A stretch of 64,000 nt of DNA from the NCBI GenBank assembly GCA_000004985.1, contig GG738863.1; one strand, given 5' to 3'. The translations under genes were made by a program, and so were the position numbers. Each line of letters opens with the position of its first letter. Positions within the stretch are counted from its first letter, which is position 1. The notes below the pieces were generated by a model. It was not told the DNA's origin and did not search any database. It was given only the letters and a program-made list of their open reading frames with translations. Shown in pieces: positions 1 to 11,422 of this stretch. Origin of the DNA: Naegleria gruberi. Taxonomy: Eukaryota.

Positions 1-1906
1 AGCTTCTAATAATTGAAATGTTAGCAACATCCTTTGCAATCAAAGTGTATATTAAATCAATAATGCAAGCAAAATTTGCTGGACCAAACCAAGTGTAATT
101 CTTTACAACAAAGTTGATATTATTCATTTGCCTTTCTTCCAGTATTTCTGTATTAGTTGTATCGTGTCTTGAATAGGCACTGGAAATAATTCTCAAAAGA
201 CTTGAAAGAGTTGGAGATTGATATGGGCTGAGTACTTTGAATACAATTGTATTGGATGAACCATCTGACTTTTCAGTGTTGGATTCTTCCAACTTAGTAA
301 TTTTGGATTGAGATACCTCAATAATATCTGAAAACAATTTAATGCAATCAGAAAGTACTGTAGGTGCTGTTTGTACTCCAGACTTTGGATCCAAGAATAA
401 TTCTACAATAGAAATACATTTCATAACTACCAACTCATCTTTTGCATAAAGTAAAGTAGTAATCTCATTAGCAATCCCAGAGTCATTTAAATGTTTTGAA
501 CCATTTGCTGTTCTAGAAATAGAAACAAATAAGTCCAAAAGTGTTTCTAAATACAATCTATCTGTAATGTAATCTGAAGGGTCTGTGACTTCTCCGTTTA
601 CATAAACATTAATTAACTTTTGAAGCCAACCTTGAAGAAGACCACTGTAAATATTTGTGGTCAGTGTTAAAGTTTGAAGAGCAGCAGTTTGTAATCTAGA
701 ACTCTTGAATACAGATATAGAAATATAGAACTCAAGCAAACTTATAGCAACTTCCTTTGGAAGTTTAAGTTCTCCACGTTTGTCTTTTTCAATACTTTTG
801 CTCACTTCTGGAATGATTTCAAGAGAAGTTAAGTCCTTCTTTGAAACATACAATAACACTGAGAATGAATTGAATCTACTGACTAGGAACTTTCTTCTAG
901 TTTCCAAGTTATAGAATGCATAGGCCATACGAATTCGCGTCCACAAGTCAAACTTTTTGTTGATAGTAAGCTTGCTGACAATAGAGCCTTCCTTTTTGAT
1001 TAGATCATTCCAAAGTGTTAAAGCATCTGGTGCTGTTTTCTTTACATCCTCAATAACAAGTTCTTCTTCTTGCAATTCCTCAGATCTAAATTCATGTTCA
1101 AGATCTTCAGTCACAACTTTAAACTTGACAGAGGTTCCCAACTTGAGAGTTTCATCAGAAATAGTTTCATCATAGCAAAATTGAGTAGAATCCTTTCCGT
1201 ACCCCTTAGCAATAAAATTTAATTTATGAATAAAGGTAGGTGGATGCTCAACAACTCCTTTAGAAATCATACTATTCTTTTTGAAACATGATAAGCAAAT
1301 TTGTAAAACTAAATGCAAAATGTCCAAATTTTCAGAGTTGAGTAAATATGTAAGTCTCTGATCATGTTGTTAATTTGATGTTATAATTGTACAACAACTT
1401 ACATCCAAAGAACTATACTGAGAATATCCGATTTTTGTGTTTTTTACAATCATCAAAGACATGTCCAAAATTGATAAGATCATTTCTGTGTGTGGTGTTT
1501 TTTGACATTGTTTTTGTTCCTTTGATGTTTGTTTTTGTTTCTTTGATGACTTTTCTCCGAATGATAGAATATTACTCTTGGTGATAATCTTTTCTAAAAT
1601 TTCATCGAATTTGTTCAAAATATCAGACCATTGCTCAAGCACAGTCTAACCAATTACGATCATCCTTGAATTAGTATTATTATGTTACATACCCGTTTGC
1701 AAGCCATCAAAAATTCATCACTCGATTCCGTTATGATTTGTTTGATTACTTTACTCAAATCCTCTGGTTTAGAAGGTAAAATCTTTTGTGTATATAATTT
1801 AATTTCATCGTCCTAACATATTTGATATTATTGTATGAGTATGATGATAGAATTAAAATCATCAACTAACCTGTTCCCAAGTTTCTTCTTTCTTGCTGAT
1901 CAACAT
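1..1906 (-). CDS. 5' portion of a multi-exon gene that runs off the window start (its C-terminal part lies beyond coordinate 1). It encodes a large helical protein with no function assigned.
   Basis: A long open frame runs on the minus strand from 1357 down to 1. It is absent from the ORF track because it has no in-window stop; I translated it by hand. Exon model: complement(1871..1906) with ATG at 1906-1904 (MLISKKEETWEQ); intron 1813..1870 (GTTAGT...TTAG, 58 nt); exon 1693..1812; intron 1646..1692 (GTATGT...TTAG, 47 nt); exon 1403..1645, which matches the tracked ORF 1370..1642; intron 1358..1402 (GTAAGT...CAG, 45 nt); exon <1..1357. All junctions are phase-consistent. Confidence 0.5.
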
Positions 1907-2044
1907 GATGAATTTTTTTTGATTTATTTTTAAATTTTTCTTCCAAATTTTGAGCGCTCAACAAGCAAACTTTTTTCAAGGAATTCTGATAAACATTTTT
2001 TGAAATTAAGCAAATAATAATTAAATATTAATTGATTTCATGTT

Positions 2045-3720
2045 TTATTGGACAATATTGTTATTCACTATGGTTTTCAATTCCTTTTCCTTTGAAGTTA
2101 CATCTTTCAAAATGTTGGAAAGTTTCAATTTGAGATCTGTTATCTCCACAAGATCATTCATTGATTTGATTTCTTCTTCTGAAAGTGAAAACTTTTCTGT
2201 TGAAATTTTTTCCTTTTCTTTAAGGTTGTCCTCAAGTTTATCCAACTTTCGTTTTTGTAAACGCACAAGCTTTTGAAGCATTCTATATTCGTTTTCTTCA
2301 CTAATAGTCATTGAGCTTTCAGATGTAATTGGTTGACTATTCTGTTTTCTTTTGATTGATTCCAGTAAGAAGAAAATTCCAGAAGGATTATCAATTCCCA
2401 AGTCAAGGAAGAGACATTTTAAACTTTGAACCGAGTCAGAACTATTGATTGTTGTAGGTTGTTGTGAATTTTTCTTTGACACCTCCTCAAACTCTTTCAT
2501 CTTTTCTCTCAAAAAACTATCCACTGGATTGGTTACATTGTGACTATTCTCTATTGAAGTAATTATATTTTCAATTCCAAGATTTTTGAATGTGGATAAC
2601 ATTCTTCCTCTTACGAATCCATCCTGTGGACATGAAACCATTGAACTGATGAGAGAAAAGACTTTTGCTCTATAGAGATCATCTCTTTGCCAGGCCATTG
2701 AATCTAACATTTCATCGAATGGATGTTTCAAAGTTTTTGTATGTTTCGTTTTAAATGTTTCAAAAAATCCAGTTAAAACAATCCAAAAACCCTCCTCAGA
2801 ATGATTACAAATGAGGAATAGAATATCTAGAATGTACTTTCGGGTTACTAAACTTTCCTTCTTATCTATCAGCTTTGTGAGTGAGGAAATAAAGGCAACA
2901 GAGTCAGCATTTGTGAATGGAGCAAAGACTTCCTTCTCCAACAATATCAGTAAACAGTAAATGTAATTTCCCTGTATGAATTTGTGTTTTTGTGTTCTGT
3001 AAACATAATTCAGTTTTGCAATGATTTTACCAATAAGTGTGACGCCTCCCATGTTTGAAAAATCTTGGCACCAAGTCAAATCTTTAAATTTAAATATCGA
3101 CGCAAGTGTAGAAATATATTCTGGGTCATTCTTATTGAGTTCTGTAGTGAGTCGTGAGAGAACAAATCCAACACTCACTTGCTTTAATTCTTCAATAATT
3201 GAGCTGGTTTTGAAAAGTCTATTATCCCTATTACCAGATGAAGAAGAGGATGACTTCATTCTCTTATGAGTTGAAAGAAGTGGTCCTTCATAGGAGTGTC
3301 TTTCCAATAATTCTGAAATTTTGTAAAACGTGTCACAAATAGCATGAATATCTAAGTTATTTACAAGTGTCGAGACATTCCACTCGGGGTCAATATTAAA
3401 CAATTCTCTACATTTATCTAGGAAGAATTGAATATTATTTTCAATGAGAGTTGAATTTCCCTGTGGTTCCAATGAAATGGAAGCCAAATGGTCTCTTGGA
3501 TTAATGTTTGCAATATTACAAATTAATCTATTATAAAAATTATTAGAATAATGAATTTTCTAATAAAAACAACCTACTTGACAAGAACAACTCCATCCTT
3601 GAGTAATAAATGTAAATCATCCGAATCAGATTTGCTCTTCTTATCGGGCACTAATTGACCAAGCCAGTCTTTAATCATAAGACGTTGCAACTTGGTAAAG
3701 TGTTGATGGCATTCAGTCAT
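2045..3720 (-). CDS. Calponin-homology (CH) domain protein with a long helical region and C-terminal coiled coil. Two exons.
   Basis: The tracked ORF 2045..3487 starts at TTG, not ATG. A candidate upstream exon 3578..3720 (ATG 3720-3718; MTECHQHFTKLQRLMIKDWLGQLVPDKKSKSDSDDLHLLLKDGVVLVK) joins in phase across a 50-nt GTAGGT...AATAG intron (3528..3577) to 3527. The joined N-terminus reads ...DDLHLLLKDGVVLVKLICNIANINP..., a typical CH-domain core (DL.DGVVLC.L.N.L.P). The C-terminal third is K/E-rich coiled coil. Confidence 0.5.
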
Positions 3721-4255
3721 CTTGCAATGGGTTACTGTGTGGTCTTTTTGTTTTTAAATTGTGAAGAGGCCAACCGCATAAGAATGGTGATTGATGATAA
3801 AATTTTCCCAAATAAAACTATTGAAAATTCTGCATTTCTCAATTATCATTCTCAAATAGGAGTGTTTAATTTACACCTCTCCAATGTATTTGTTGATTAC
3901 AATCACTTGTATGGAGACTATTAAATTGTCTAAATTAATACTAGCCTCATCTTTCATTTGACCTCAGCATTTACATTTTTATCTGATAGCAAACCAAATG
4001 TTATAATGAGTTCAACCTTAAATTAATAGTTTGATTTTGAGGGTGCGTGTACAATTAAACGCCAAATGGATTTTTTAAACTACAACATTGGCGCCAAAAA
4101 TGTAACAGTCCAATACAAAGAAGACTGTGTTGAAGCTTCTAATGGAATTATTTGTTGGCGCCTTGTTGCCTTTACTGACAAAAAACACTTACGAAAAAAT
4201 AACTCTACAACAACACTGATTGTACTAGTGATATACAACAATAATATACAACAAA

Positions 4256-4813
4256 ATGGGTTTGCTTGATTTTATTAGAGGTCTCAGAAAGTCTGATAAG
4301 GAAGCTCGTATTCTTATTCTCGGTCTTGATAACAGTGGTAAGACTTGTTCCTTGAAGTGTCTTGCTGGTGAAAAGGAAGAAATTTCCACAGTTATGCCAA
4401 CCCAAGGCTTTAACATTAAATCTGTTCAAACCGGAAACGTTAAACTCAATGTCTGGGATATTGGAGGTCAAAAGGCTATTAGACCATACTGGCCAAATTA
4501 CTACAAGAATGCTGATGCCATCATTTACGTTGTGGACTCTACTGATAGAAACCGTTTTGAAGAAGCAGGTTTTGAACTTGATTGTTTGCTGAAAGATGAA
4601 AATCTTGATGGTATTCCATGTTTGGTTTTCGCTAACAAGCAAGATATTCCACTCATTGCTGCAAGTGCTGCTGAAATTGCTAAGGTTTTGAATTTGCACG
4701 CTATTAAGGGAAGAGATTGGCACATCCAAGCTTGTTCTGCTAAGACAGGACAAGGTCTCGATGAAGGTATCCAATGGGTTCTCGGAAAGCTCGATCTTGT
4801 TGATTCTAAATAA
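4256..4813 (+). CDS. ARL3: ADP-ribosylation factor-like GTPase ARL3
   Basis: Single-exon 185-aa ORF starting ATG-GGT (MG, a possible N-myristoylation site). Motifs [39 protein letters not shown] and [30 protein letters not shown] align closely to the ARL3 consensus rather than to ARL2. Confidence 0.85.
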   Translation: MGLLDFIRGLRKSDKEARILILGLDNSGKTCSLKCLAGEKEEISTVMPTQGFNIKSVQTGNVKLNVWDIGGQKAIRPYWPNYYKNADAIIYVVDSTDRNRFEEAGFELDCLLKDENLDGIPCLVFANKQDIPLIAASAAEIAKVLNLHAIKGRDWHIQACSAKTGQGLDEGIQWVLGKLDLVDSK

Positions 4814-5196
4814 TTTGTATACTATCAAAATAAAAACATTAATTCAAAACAATACAACTCTAGGATTTAAATATCATAGAAAATAATATTAATAAATTAG
4901 AAATATTATTTAAAAAGAGAAAGTAGGGAATATCAATTCTAAATTATTATTCTCACTGCCAAACTGTTCTTGCGCACTTCATCTCTTCATAACAAACGAG
5001 AGGCATTATCCAGGTTTGACGACAATTTCCTACCCTGTCAAAAATCATCACACGCCAATTACCCAATTTGTTCCTGTGATCCCATGCTCAGTAGATCCTC
5101 TTTGAAACAATTCATAATTCGAAAAAACAAGAATACACAACCCATTGACTTGTTTCTCATTCGATTGGCGTCATCGTACAAACAACAACTTCATCA

Positions 5197-5832
5197 ATGG
5201 GACAGAATAGTGCTTGTGAGCAAGATAGAGACTTTGCACAAGGTCAAATTTTTACACGTTTCGACAAGTATCACCAGAGAGAACAAGAACAGAAACGAGC
5301 TTTTGGTCAGCTTCGTCAGGTTTCTTCCACCAATGGTCTAGAATCAGCCAGTGCTCTCTCCAAGAAACAGAGAAAGAGCATTCACGGAACAAGATCCATC
5401 TCTAATCCTTCCTCTCCAGGTGGATCACAATCATATTCGAGTAGTTTTGGTTCTTCAACAGAGTACCAACATCATCATCCTGTAAATATCAGCATCACAC
5501 ATACAAATAATAATAATTTAGGAGAAGTATTTAATTCTCTGCCAAACATTGTTGGAGGAGGTGATTCACCTAATTCACTCTCTCCAGCAACTCCACAATC
5601 AGCATCAACTGCATCATCGAGGAGAAGAGGACACTCCTCAGCATCACCACAATCTAACTATTTTGTAAATAATAATCAAACTCAATTAATGATTAATCAG
5701 GACGTTATTGAAGTAAAGAAGAGAAATGATCAGGATTCTGATGATGAGGAAGAGGATCCAGCTATTCAGAGAAGATCAAGAAGAAAATCATTATCACTTT
5801 TTAAGAATGCTAAAAAAGTTGACATGTTTTAA
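5197..5832 (+). CDS. Hypothetical Ser-rich low-complexity protein with MG N-terminus
   Basis: 211-aa ORF with a true ATG at 5197. It has long S/N/Q-rich tracts and an acidic DSDDEEED block followed by a basic tail. No recognisable domain. Confidence 0.3.
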   Translation: MGQNSACEQDRDFAQGQIFTRFDKYHQREQEQKRAFGQLRQVSSTNGLESASALSKKQRKSIHGTRSISNPSSPGGSQSYSSSFGSSTEYQHHHPVNISITHTNNNNLGEVFNSLPNIVGGGDSPNSLSPATPQSASTASSRRRGHSSASPQSNYFVNNNQTQLMINQDVIEVKKRNDQDSDDEEEDPAIQRRSRRKSLSLFKNAKKVDMF

Positions 5833-5917
5833 TGTACATAAAATTACAATTTCCATTTAAAGAATAATTCTTTATTAAATTGTGAATAATTTGAGGAATA
5901 TTTAATATGAAAAAAAC

Positions 5918-6492
5918 ATGCTAAGATCAAACGATATTCGAAAATTAATTTCAAAACCCTCATTGAAAACTTCTCCATTTGTTGTGAGAGCAATTCTTTC
6001 AACTAATTCTGTTAGAAACCTTCAAACTAAGCTTCCTGTTCATACTGGCTTCTTTGATGATGTTGCTGGAACTTATAAAACATTGCAAAATCCTCCAAAC
6101 TTTGCAAAACAATTCAAATTAAGTATGAAACCATTCGAATTCAGACAAGGACAACCTTTCTGGTAAGTTTTTAAAAAACAACACTAATTATCAACACTCT
6201 TAAAAGGTTCTTTAACTTTGCAGGTGTTCTAATCACATCCTTCTCTATTGCCTTTGGTTTCATGTATTTAATGTACTTTATTGTTTGGTACTTTTATTCT
6301 AATCCTTTCGTTCAATCTCCATTCAATTTGTATAATCCTCATCCATTCTTGGAGATTAGAAATGGAAAAGATGCAGCCAAAACCTATGATCCATTGAGTA
6401 AATTCTATGTTTACTGGAGTCCAGCAAGAGGTGAAGATAAAAAGACCATGTTTTACAGAGAATTAAATTTGGCCAAGGATCATAGACTTTAA
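5918..6492 (+). CDS. Small single-pass membrane protein with a presequence-like N-terminus, possibly a mitochondrial inner-membrane subunit. Two exons.
   Basis: Model: ATG 5918; exon 1 5918..6162; intron 6163..6206 (44 nt, GTAAGT...AAAAG); exon 2 6207..6492. The join is in phase: TG + G gives W, then FFNFAGVLITSFSIAFGFMYLMYFIVWYF (a transmembrane helix), then a soluble tail. The N-terminus is rich in basic and hydroxylated residues and poor in acidic ones. Confidence 0.45.
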
Positions 6493-6653
6493 ATTATTAA
6501 AGAATTTATGATGATTACACAATTTCAGTCCAAAGTATTTGGGAATCAAGTTAGTTAGAGGTCGAGAAAAATTACATTGTAAACAAATTCAATAAAAACA
6601 AGATTAAAAAAATTTTATTTCAGTGTAGCTGATCCCAATAGGATCATGAGGTA

Positions 6654-9600
6654 TTATCTTGAATTAAGAGAACATGAGTAATATTTTCTGTGTGCTTTAC
6701 CAACAAGTAGTGATAATAGACTTTGAATTTCATGCCAATTATCAATGATTTTAGGATTATAGGATTTAACTAAAATAATATTTAAAGCCTTAATAAAGCC
6801 TCTATGATTTAAATTGAGAATTGAATTGTGTCTATCCCAAAAAGTGTCATGGGGACGAAGCTTACAGGATGCTCCTGTAAGATTCGTGAATTTAGTTAAG
6901 AAATATCTTCTAAAACATTCGGTTTCTTCACAGTAGTATATGAAATGTTCCAAATCCACTTCACATTCACAGTTATCACAATAAACTTGACGAAATTGTC
7001 TAATATGTGAGTCGGTCATGTTTCTCCAAATTGACAATTTGGTTTCAGTGTCAAATCTTTGATCCATATATTTCAAATTGATATTAGTGAGGGACTGACT
7101 TTGGTTAAAAGGTAAGTCAGATTTATCCTCAACAATATCTAAATATTCTTTTCTCTGGATATCTTTGATGTATTTTCTATAGTCAAAGATGATTGTTTTC
7201 TTATTAGTATTAATTAAAATCTTTTGGTTTTGGGATAATAGTTTGGTAATATCAATCATATTTTGTCCTTGTGCACCTTCTTTTGCTAATTTATCAACTA
7301 TAATATTCTCTGGATCTTCATGCCCTTTCACTTTAACTAGATGGATATTTAAATGTTTATCCTTAATGGTACCAAAGAATTCTTCTTGAAATCCTTGAAA
7401 GTCTCCTCTGTAACTCTTTTTTAAAACTTCAATAGCAACTTGACTATCAGTATGTACATTAGCATTGGAATGATTTGGCAGCATTTTGATTGCTGTTAAT
7501 ATAGCCATGATTTCAGCCACGTTATTGGAATATTCTTCATGAATCTTGAAGGAATATTTGAAACTTCTATTTTCTGAATTATATATATTAATTCCAAATC
7601 CCACTTGGTTTTCAATTTTTGATCCATCTGTGTGAATATTAAATGAATGACCCTCCATTTGATCCAAATTAATATCATTGTCAATATCATTACATTCCTT
7701 CAATTCGATATTATATCGTTTCATAGTTTGTAGAATACTATCAAAGATATTGCTAATTCTCTTCTTTTTACCAGCATGTTTGATCCCATCTTTAATTGCC
7801 TCTCTTACTAGAGGGTTTCTACTATTTGTTAAATATAAAATAGAGTTAATATTAATTCTTTGAATGAAATCATTACAGTTAGGAATACCCAATCCTCCAT
7901 ATTCAATAGGTAAATGGAACCAATGAGTGTGACTTCTTAAATCTAAATGAGCTCTTCTTCTAATACATTTCCTAATAGCAGTATCTATTTTATCACCTAA
8001 AGCTGCTGGTATGATATTACATCTAGATAAATGTGTGAATAAACTGATACATTTAGCATGTATCACTTTTCCAATATTTGGAATTTCCATTCTCATAATA
8101 GGCATATATTTCAGTGATAGTTGAAATTTAGCAATCTTATTCATAATGTCTTCTTTTACCATTTTATCATCCCATGGATAGTGACCAAGAACTCGTACAT
8201 TTTCTTCAAGTGGTATTTTGGTATCATTAATTTTTGGTTTCATTTTCTTAATTTTCTTAGTAGGGTTCGGTTTCTGTGTTGCAACTGATTTGGATGGATT
8301 GATCTTTAGTGATAATTTCCCAAGCCATCTATTTAGGTCTTTTAATCTTGAATTATAATTGCAATTTTTAGTCGCTGTTAAATTTAGGTCATCAGCAAAA
8401 CATAGAATTCCAATATCATCTGCTTTGAGTTTTTTAGGTTTTACGGGAATATCCCACTTGTCTATACATTTATCAATAATTAATTGAGTAATACAATCGT
8501 AAACCAGGGGAGCTAATGGACAACCTTGTGGGATGCCCCTGGTTTTGTGAATGGGTCTAGATAATGAGTTTCCTATCTCTAAGCTTAATAAATGGTCTTT
8601 GTACGAGTTGAGGATAAATTCAATTAATTCATTAGGGAATTTACAATGATGTAGAGCTAATTCAATTACCTTCAGTTCAACAGAATCATAAGCACCTTCT
8701 ATATCCAAGTTTACAATTAATAGAGGGTCTTTTTCTCTATTGGCTTTATGTGCTAAAGCTGATAATACTATTCCATGATTCATTGTACTTCTGTGTGAGA
8801 TAAATGCTTGTTGTCTAATATTTATGTTCCTACTAGCCCATCTTCTTAATTTAAAAGCAATAACATTGAATAATAATCGGTAATAAATTGGTAAGATGGT
8901 TATTGGGCGAATATCATTCAATTTCTTAACTTCTCGCTTAGGTACTAATTTTACCCACCCTTGTTTCCATTCTAAGGGAATATTTCTTGTTTGGAGACAT
9001 TCATTAAATTTTTCTACTAACAGCTTTAAATTATCATCTGATAGTTTCTTAATAATATTAAATGATATAAAATCTAGTCCAGGTGTGTTAGATTTCATTC
9101 TTTGAATAGCTTTCTTAACAGAATTCATAGTTATTTTGATTTTTGATGGGCCCTTTGAAATAGTAGATGGGGCACAATTAAATTGAATTGAATCGGTTTT
9201 AGATTGGAACTTTTGCTCAAAGTAGTCAATCAATTCCTCTTCTTCAAAATCAACTTGTTTCCAGTTAATTGACTTCTCCTTAATATGTCTATCAAATTGA
9301 TATATTAATGATGAATCGTATCGATTAAATGATTCAGAAATCTTTCTCTTAATTTCCTCTGCACATCTATGATAAAGGTCTTTAATTTCAGATCTAACTC
9401 TTTCTATTTGGTCTGTATCATTGTTCTCTGAATTAATGAGATCATTCAATTCCTCTTCTTTCGACTTAATCTCTTGTCTTAATTCTGATTCATTAGTTTT
9501 AATTCGAATTCTATCATTCTTTCTTAAATTTTCAATAATAAAGGATTTAATTTTGTTATCTAATTCATTAAAGCTATCAGGAACTTCTCTGTTAATAGAT

Positions 9601-10397
9601 TCAATAAATTTTTGAATCTTTGTTGGACTAATATATGGTCTCCATGTATCATTAGTCTCTAATTCAATATCAATATAGAATGGTTGATGATCATTCTTAG
9701 TTATTGATGGTAAAATCTTCTTATTTCTAATAATAATATTATTTGAAACGAATATATGATCAGGGTGAGTTTTAGTTGTACCATCTCTTGTTTTTCTAAT
9801 GTAGGTGTATTCATCAGGAGCTATAGATTCATAAAAATTGAAAGTATCAAAGAATTCACACCACATTCTATCTCTCATTGAAGTGGGATTAATGGTATTT
9901 ATATTCGGATCTCCCGATATAATGAAATATTCTCCTTGATGTGCACTTATATACTCTATCATGGTACTTAGTATTTTATCATCATATGATTCACTCTCCT
10001 CATCATTTCTAACACTTATATAGACTGTAAAGATATTAATTGGTTTTCCTCTTGTTTCAAACTTTGTTAATTGAAGTAATCCTGGAATAAGATTGGTATT
10101 ACATAACAATCTTTTCCTTCGGTTGTTAATAAAATGTAGCAATGCAGTGCCTTTACAAGCTTTTCTGGTTCCCATTAATGAATTAAAAAAGAAATGTCCT
10201 CTTCCTGATTCGAAAGCCCTTTGTTGATCTTCTAATTTGTTAATGTGAGTTTCGGTAATGCTTATAATTTGAATATTATGTTGGTGACAAATTCCCTTAA
10301 TAGCATGAGTTAGGATCTCTTTAGTTTCTGTTTTAATAAGACCATTCACATTAAAACATCCCACTCGGAAATTGCATTTTGGATTAATCATTGGCAT
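6654..10397 (-). CDS. LINE ORF2 polyprotein: N-terminal apurinic-like endonuclease, reverse transcriptase, RNase H and a C-terminal Cys/His motif
   Basis: 1247 aa. Endonuclease/exonuclease/phosphatase-like N-terminus (CFNVNGL...SITETHI...GDPNIN). RT motifs PITILPIYYRLLFNVIA, LDIEGAYDSV, GIPQGCPLAPLVY and LCFADDLNL. RNase H motifs NIHTDGSK...AEIMAILTAI...HTDSQVAI. Then CDNCECEVDLEHFIYYCEETECF. No internal stops. Confidence 0.85.
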   Translation of the reverse strand: MPMINPKCNFRVGCFNVNGLIKTETKEILTHAIKGICHQHNIQIISITETHINKLEDQQRAFESGRGHFFFNSLMGTRKACKGTALLHFINNRRKRLLCNTNLIPGLLQLTKFETRGKPINIFTVYISVRNDEESESYDDKILSTMIEYISAHQGEYFIISGDPNINTINPTSMRDRMWCEFFDTFNFYESIAPDEYTYIRKTRDGTTKTHPDHIFVSNNIIIRNKKILPSITKNDHQPFYIDIELETNDTWRPYISPTKIQKFIESINREVPDSFNELDNKIKSFIIENLRKNDRIRIKTNESELRQEIKSKEEELNDLINSENNDTDQIERVRSEIKDLYHRCAEEIKRKISESFNRYDSSLIYQFDRHIKEKSINWKQVDFEEEELIDYFEQKFQSKTDSIQFNCAPSTISKGPSKIKITMNSVKKAIQRMKSNTPGLDFISFNIIKKLSDDNLKLLVEKFNECLQTRNIPLEWKQGWVKLVPKREVKKLNDIRPITILPIYYRLLFNVIAFKLRRWASRNINIRQQAFISHRSTMNHGIVLSALAHKANREKDPLLIVNLDIEGAYDSVELKVIELALHHCKFPNELIEFILNSYKDHLLSLEIGNSLSRPIHKTRGIPQGCPLAPLVYDCITQLIIDKCIDKWDIPVKPKKLKADDIGILCFADDLNLTATKNCNYNSRLKDLNRWLGKLSLKINPSKSVATQKPNPTKKIKKMKPKINDTKIPLEENVRVLGHYPWDDKMVKEDIMNKIAKFQLSLKYMPIMRMEIPNIGKVIHAKCISLFTHLSRCNIIPAALGDKIDTAIRKCIRRRAHLDLRSHTHWFHLPIEYGGLGIPNCNDFIQRININSILYLTNSRNPLVREAIKDGIKHAGKKKRISNIFDSILQTMKRYNIELKECNDIDNDINLDQMEGHSFNIHTDGSKIENQVGFGINIYNSENRSFKYSFKIHEEYSNNVAEIMAILTAIKMLPNHSNANVHTDSQVAIEVLKKSYRGDFQGFQEEFFGTIKDKHLNIHLVKVKGHEDPENIIVDKLAKEGAQGQNMIDITKLLSQNQKILINTNKKTIIFDYRKYIKDIQRKEYLDIVEDKSDLPFNQSQSLTNINLKYMDQRFDTETKLSIWRNMTDSHIRQFRQVYCDNCECEVDLEHFIYYCEETECFRRYFLTKFTNLTGASCKLRPHDTFWDRHNSILNLNHRGFIKALNIILVKSYNPKIIDNWHEIQSLLSLLVGKAHRKYYSCSLNSR

Positions 10398-11367
10398 GAT
10401 ATTTTAGTTGTGGTTCATCCTCATCATCTATATCATCATGCTTTCTTCTTACTTGAGGATTTGGAGCCATTCTAACATCTCTAATTTCTTCATCTTCTAC
10501 CATCTTCTCTAACATGTTATCAATATGATTTCCAATCAGTTCTAATTCTTGGTTATCAATAATATTATTTGGTTGGTTTTGTAACCATATTGGAATTTTA
10601 TCCATTAAATTTTTGAATTCTTTTTCTGTGTTTTTAACAACTACATTAATTTCATTGAATTGTTCTTGTAATTTAGTATAATTCATTTCCAATAAATCAA
10701 GTCTTTCCATAATTCTATCTAATTTGCTGTCATTATTAATTGAGGTACTATCAGGTTGTTTGTTCACTTTATATTTCTTTGTAAGATATTCAGCAGTGGA
10801 TACAAATTGAATAAAGTGCATGATACCAATAGGATCTCTCTTTGGAAAAACCACTTTAGTAAATCTATAAACTTCATCGTCAGATTGTAATCTAATATTA
10901 ATAATATAATTATTATTTAATAGTTTACTAATTTTAATATTTTCTTTTTTAATAGTAATATTAGATCTTTGTTCAATTGTTTTAATTGATTCAGACACTT
11001 GTTCCTCTGTGAAGTTCTTACTCATAACAATAGATACATCTAAGGAGCTTTCATTAATAATTTCTTCAATTTTACGATAGGTTTCAAACTTATTTTGAAT
11101 TAAATAATTAATTTTAGTGTTTGTTAGGAGAGAAACTCTCAACTTGTATTGTGAAATAGATTTGTTTGAGTCATAGTTTAAACTAACATTAATTTGATCA
11201 ATATCAATATCATTAGAATTAATAATTAATCTATATTTTTCCATAAATTCTTTTTGATTCTTGGTATAGTATTTTACAGCATGTTCAGTAGCATTAAAAT
11301 TCATAGGGGAAGCAAAGTATTTAGCAGGTGCTTCCTTAATAACTTCTTGATTAGTAAGTATTTTCAT
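10384..11367 (-). CDS. LINE ORF1 (coiled-coil nucleic-acid chaperone-type ORF1p)
   Basis: 327 aa with a true ATG at 11367-11365 and an in-frame TAA about 40 nt upstream. The C-terminal part has a predicted coiled coil (LDRIMERLDLLEMNYTKLQEQFNEINVVVKNTEKEF). It terminates inside the ORF2 start (...HAND*). Confidence 0.65.
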   Translation of the reverse strand: MKILTNQEVIKEAPAKYFASPMNFNATEHAVKYYTKNQKEFMEKYRLIINSNDIDIDQINVSLNYDSNKSISQYKLRVSLLTNTKINYLIQNKFETYRKIEEIINESSLDVSIVMSKNFTEEQVSESIKTIEQRSNITIKKENIKISKLLNNNYIINIRLQSDDEVYRFTKVVFPKRDPIGIMHFIQFVSTAEYLTKKYKVNKQPDSTSINNDSKLDRIMERLDLLEMNYTKLQEQFNEINVVVKNTEKEFKNLMDKIPIWLQNQPNNIIDNQELELIGNHIDNMLEKMVEDEEIRDVRMAPNPQVRRKHDDIDDEDEPQLKYHAND

Positions 11368-11422
11368 AGCTTTGATAAAGTTATCTCTATTATTAATAGC
11401 TAATTGAAATATAAATTCTTAT

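Noticed and set aside
4205-4828. 207-aa ORF antisense to ARL3 (plus the overlapping ORFs 4225..4416, 4362..4592 and 4525..4725)
   Set aside because: It is fully contained within and opposite to a highly conserved GTPase CDS. It has low-complexity composition and no motifs. It is a typical antisense artefact of an AT-rich coding region.
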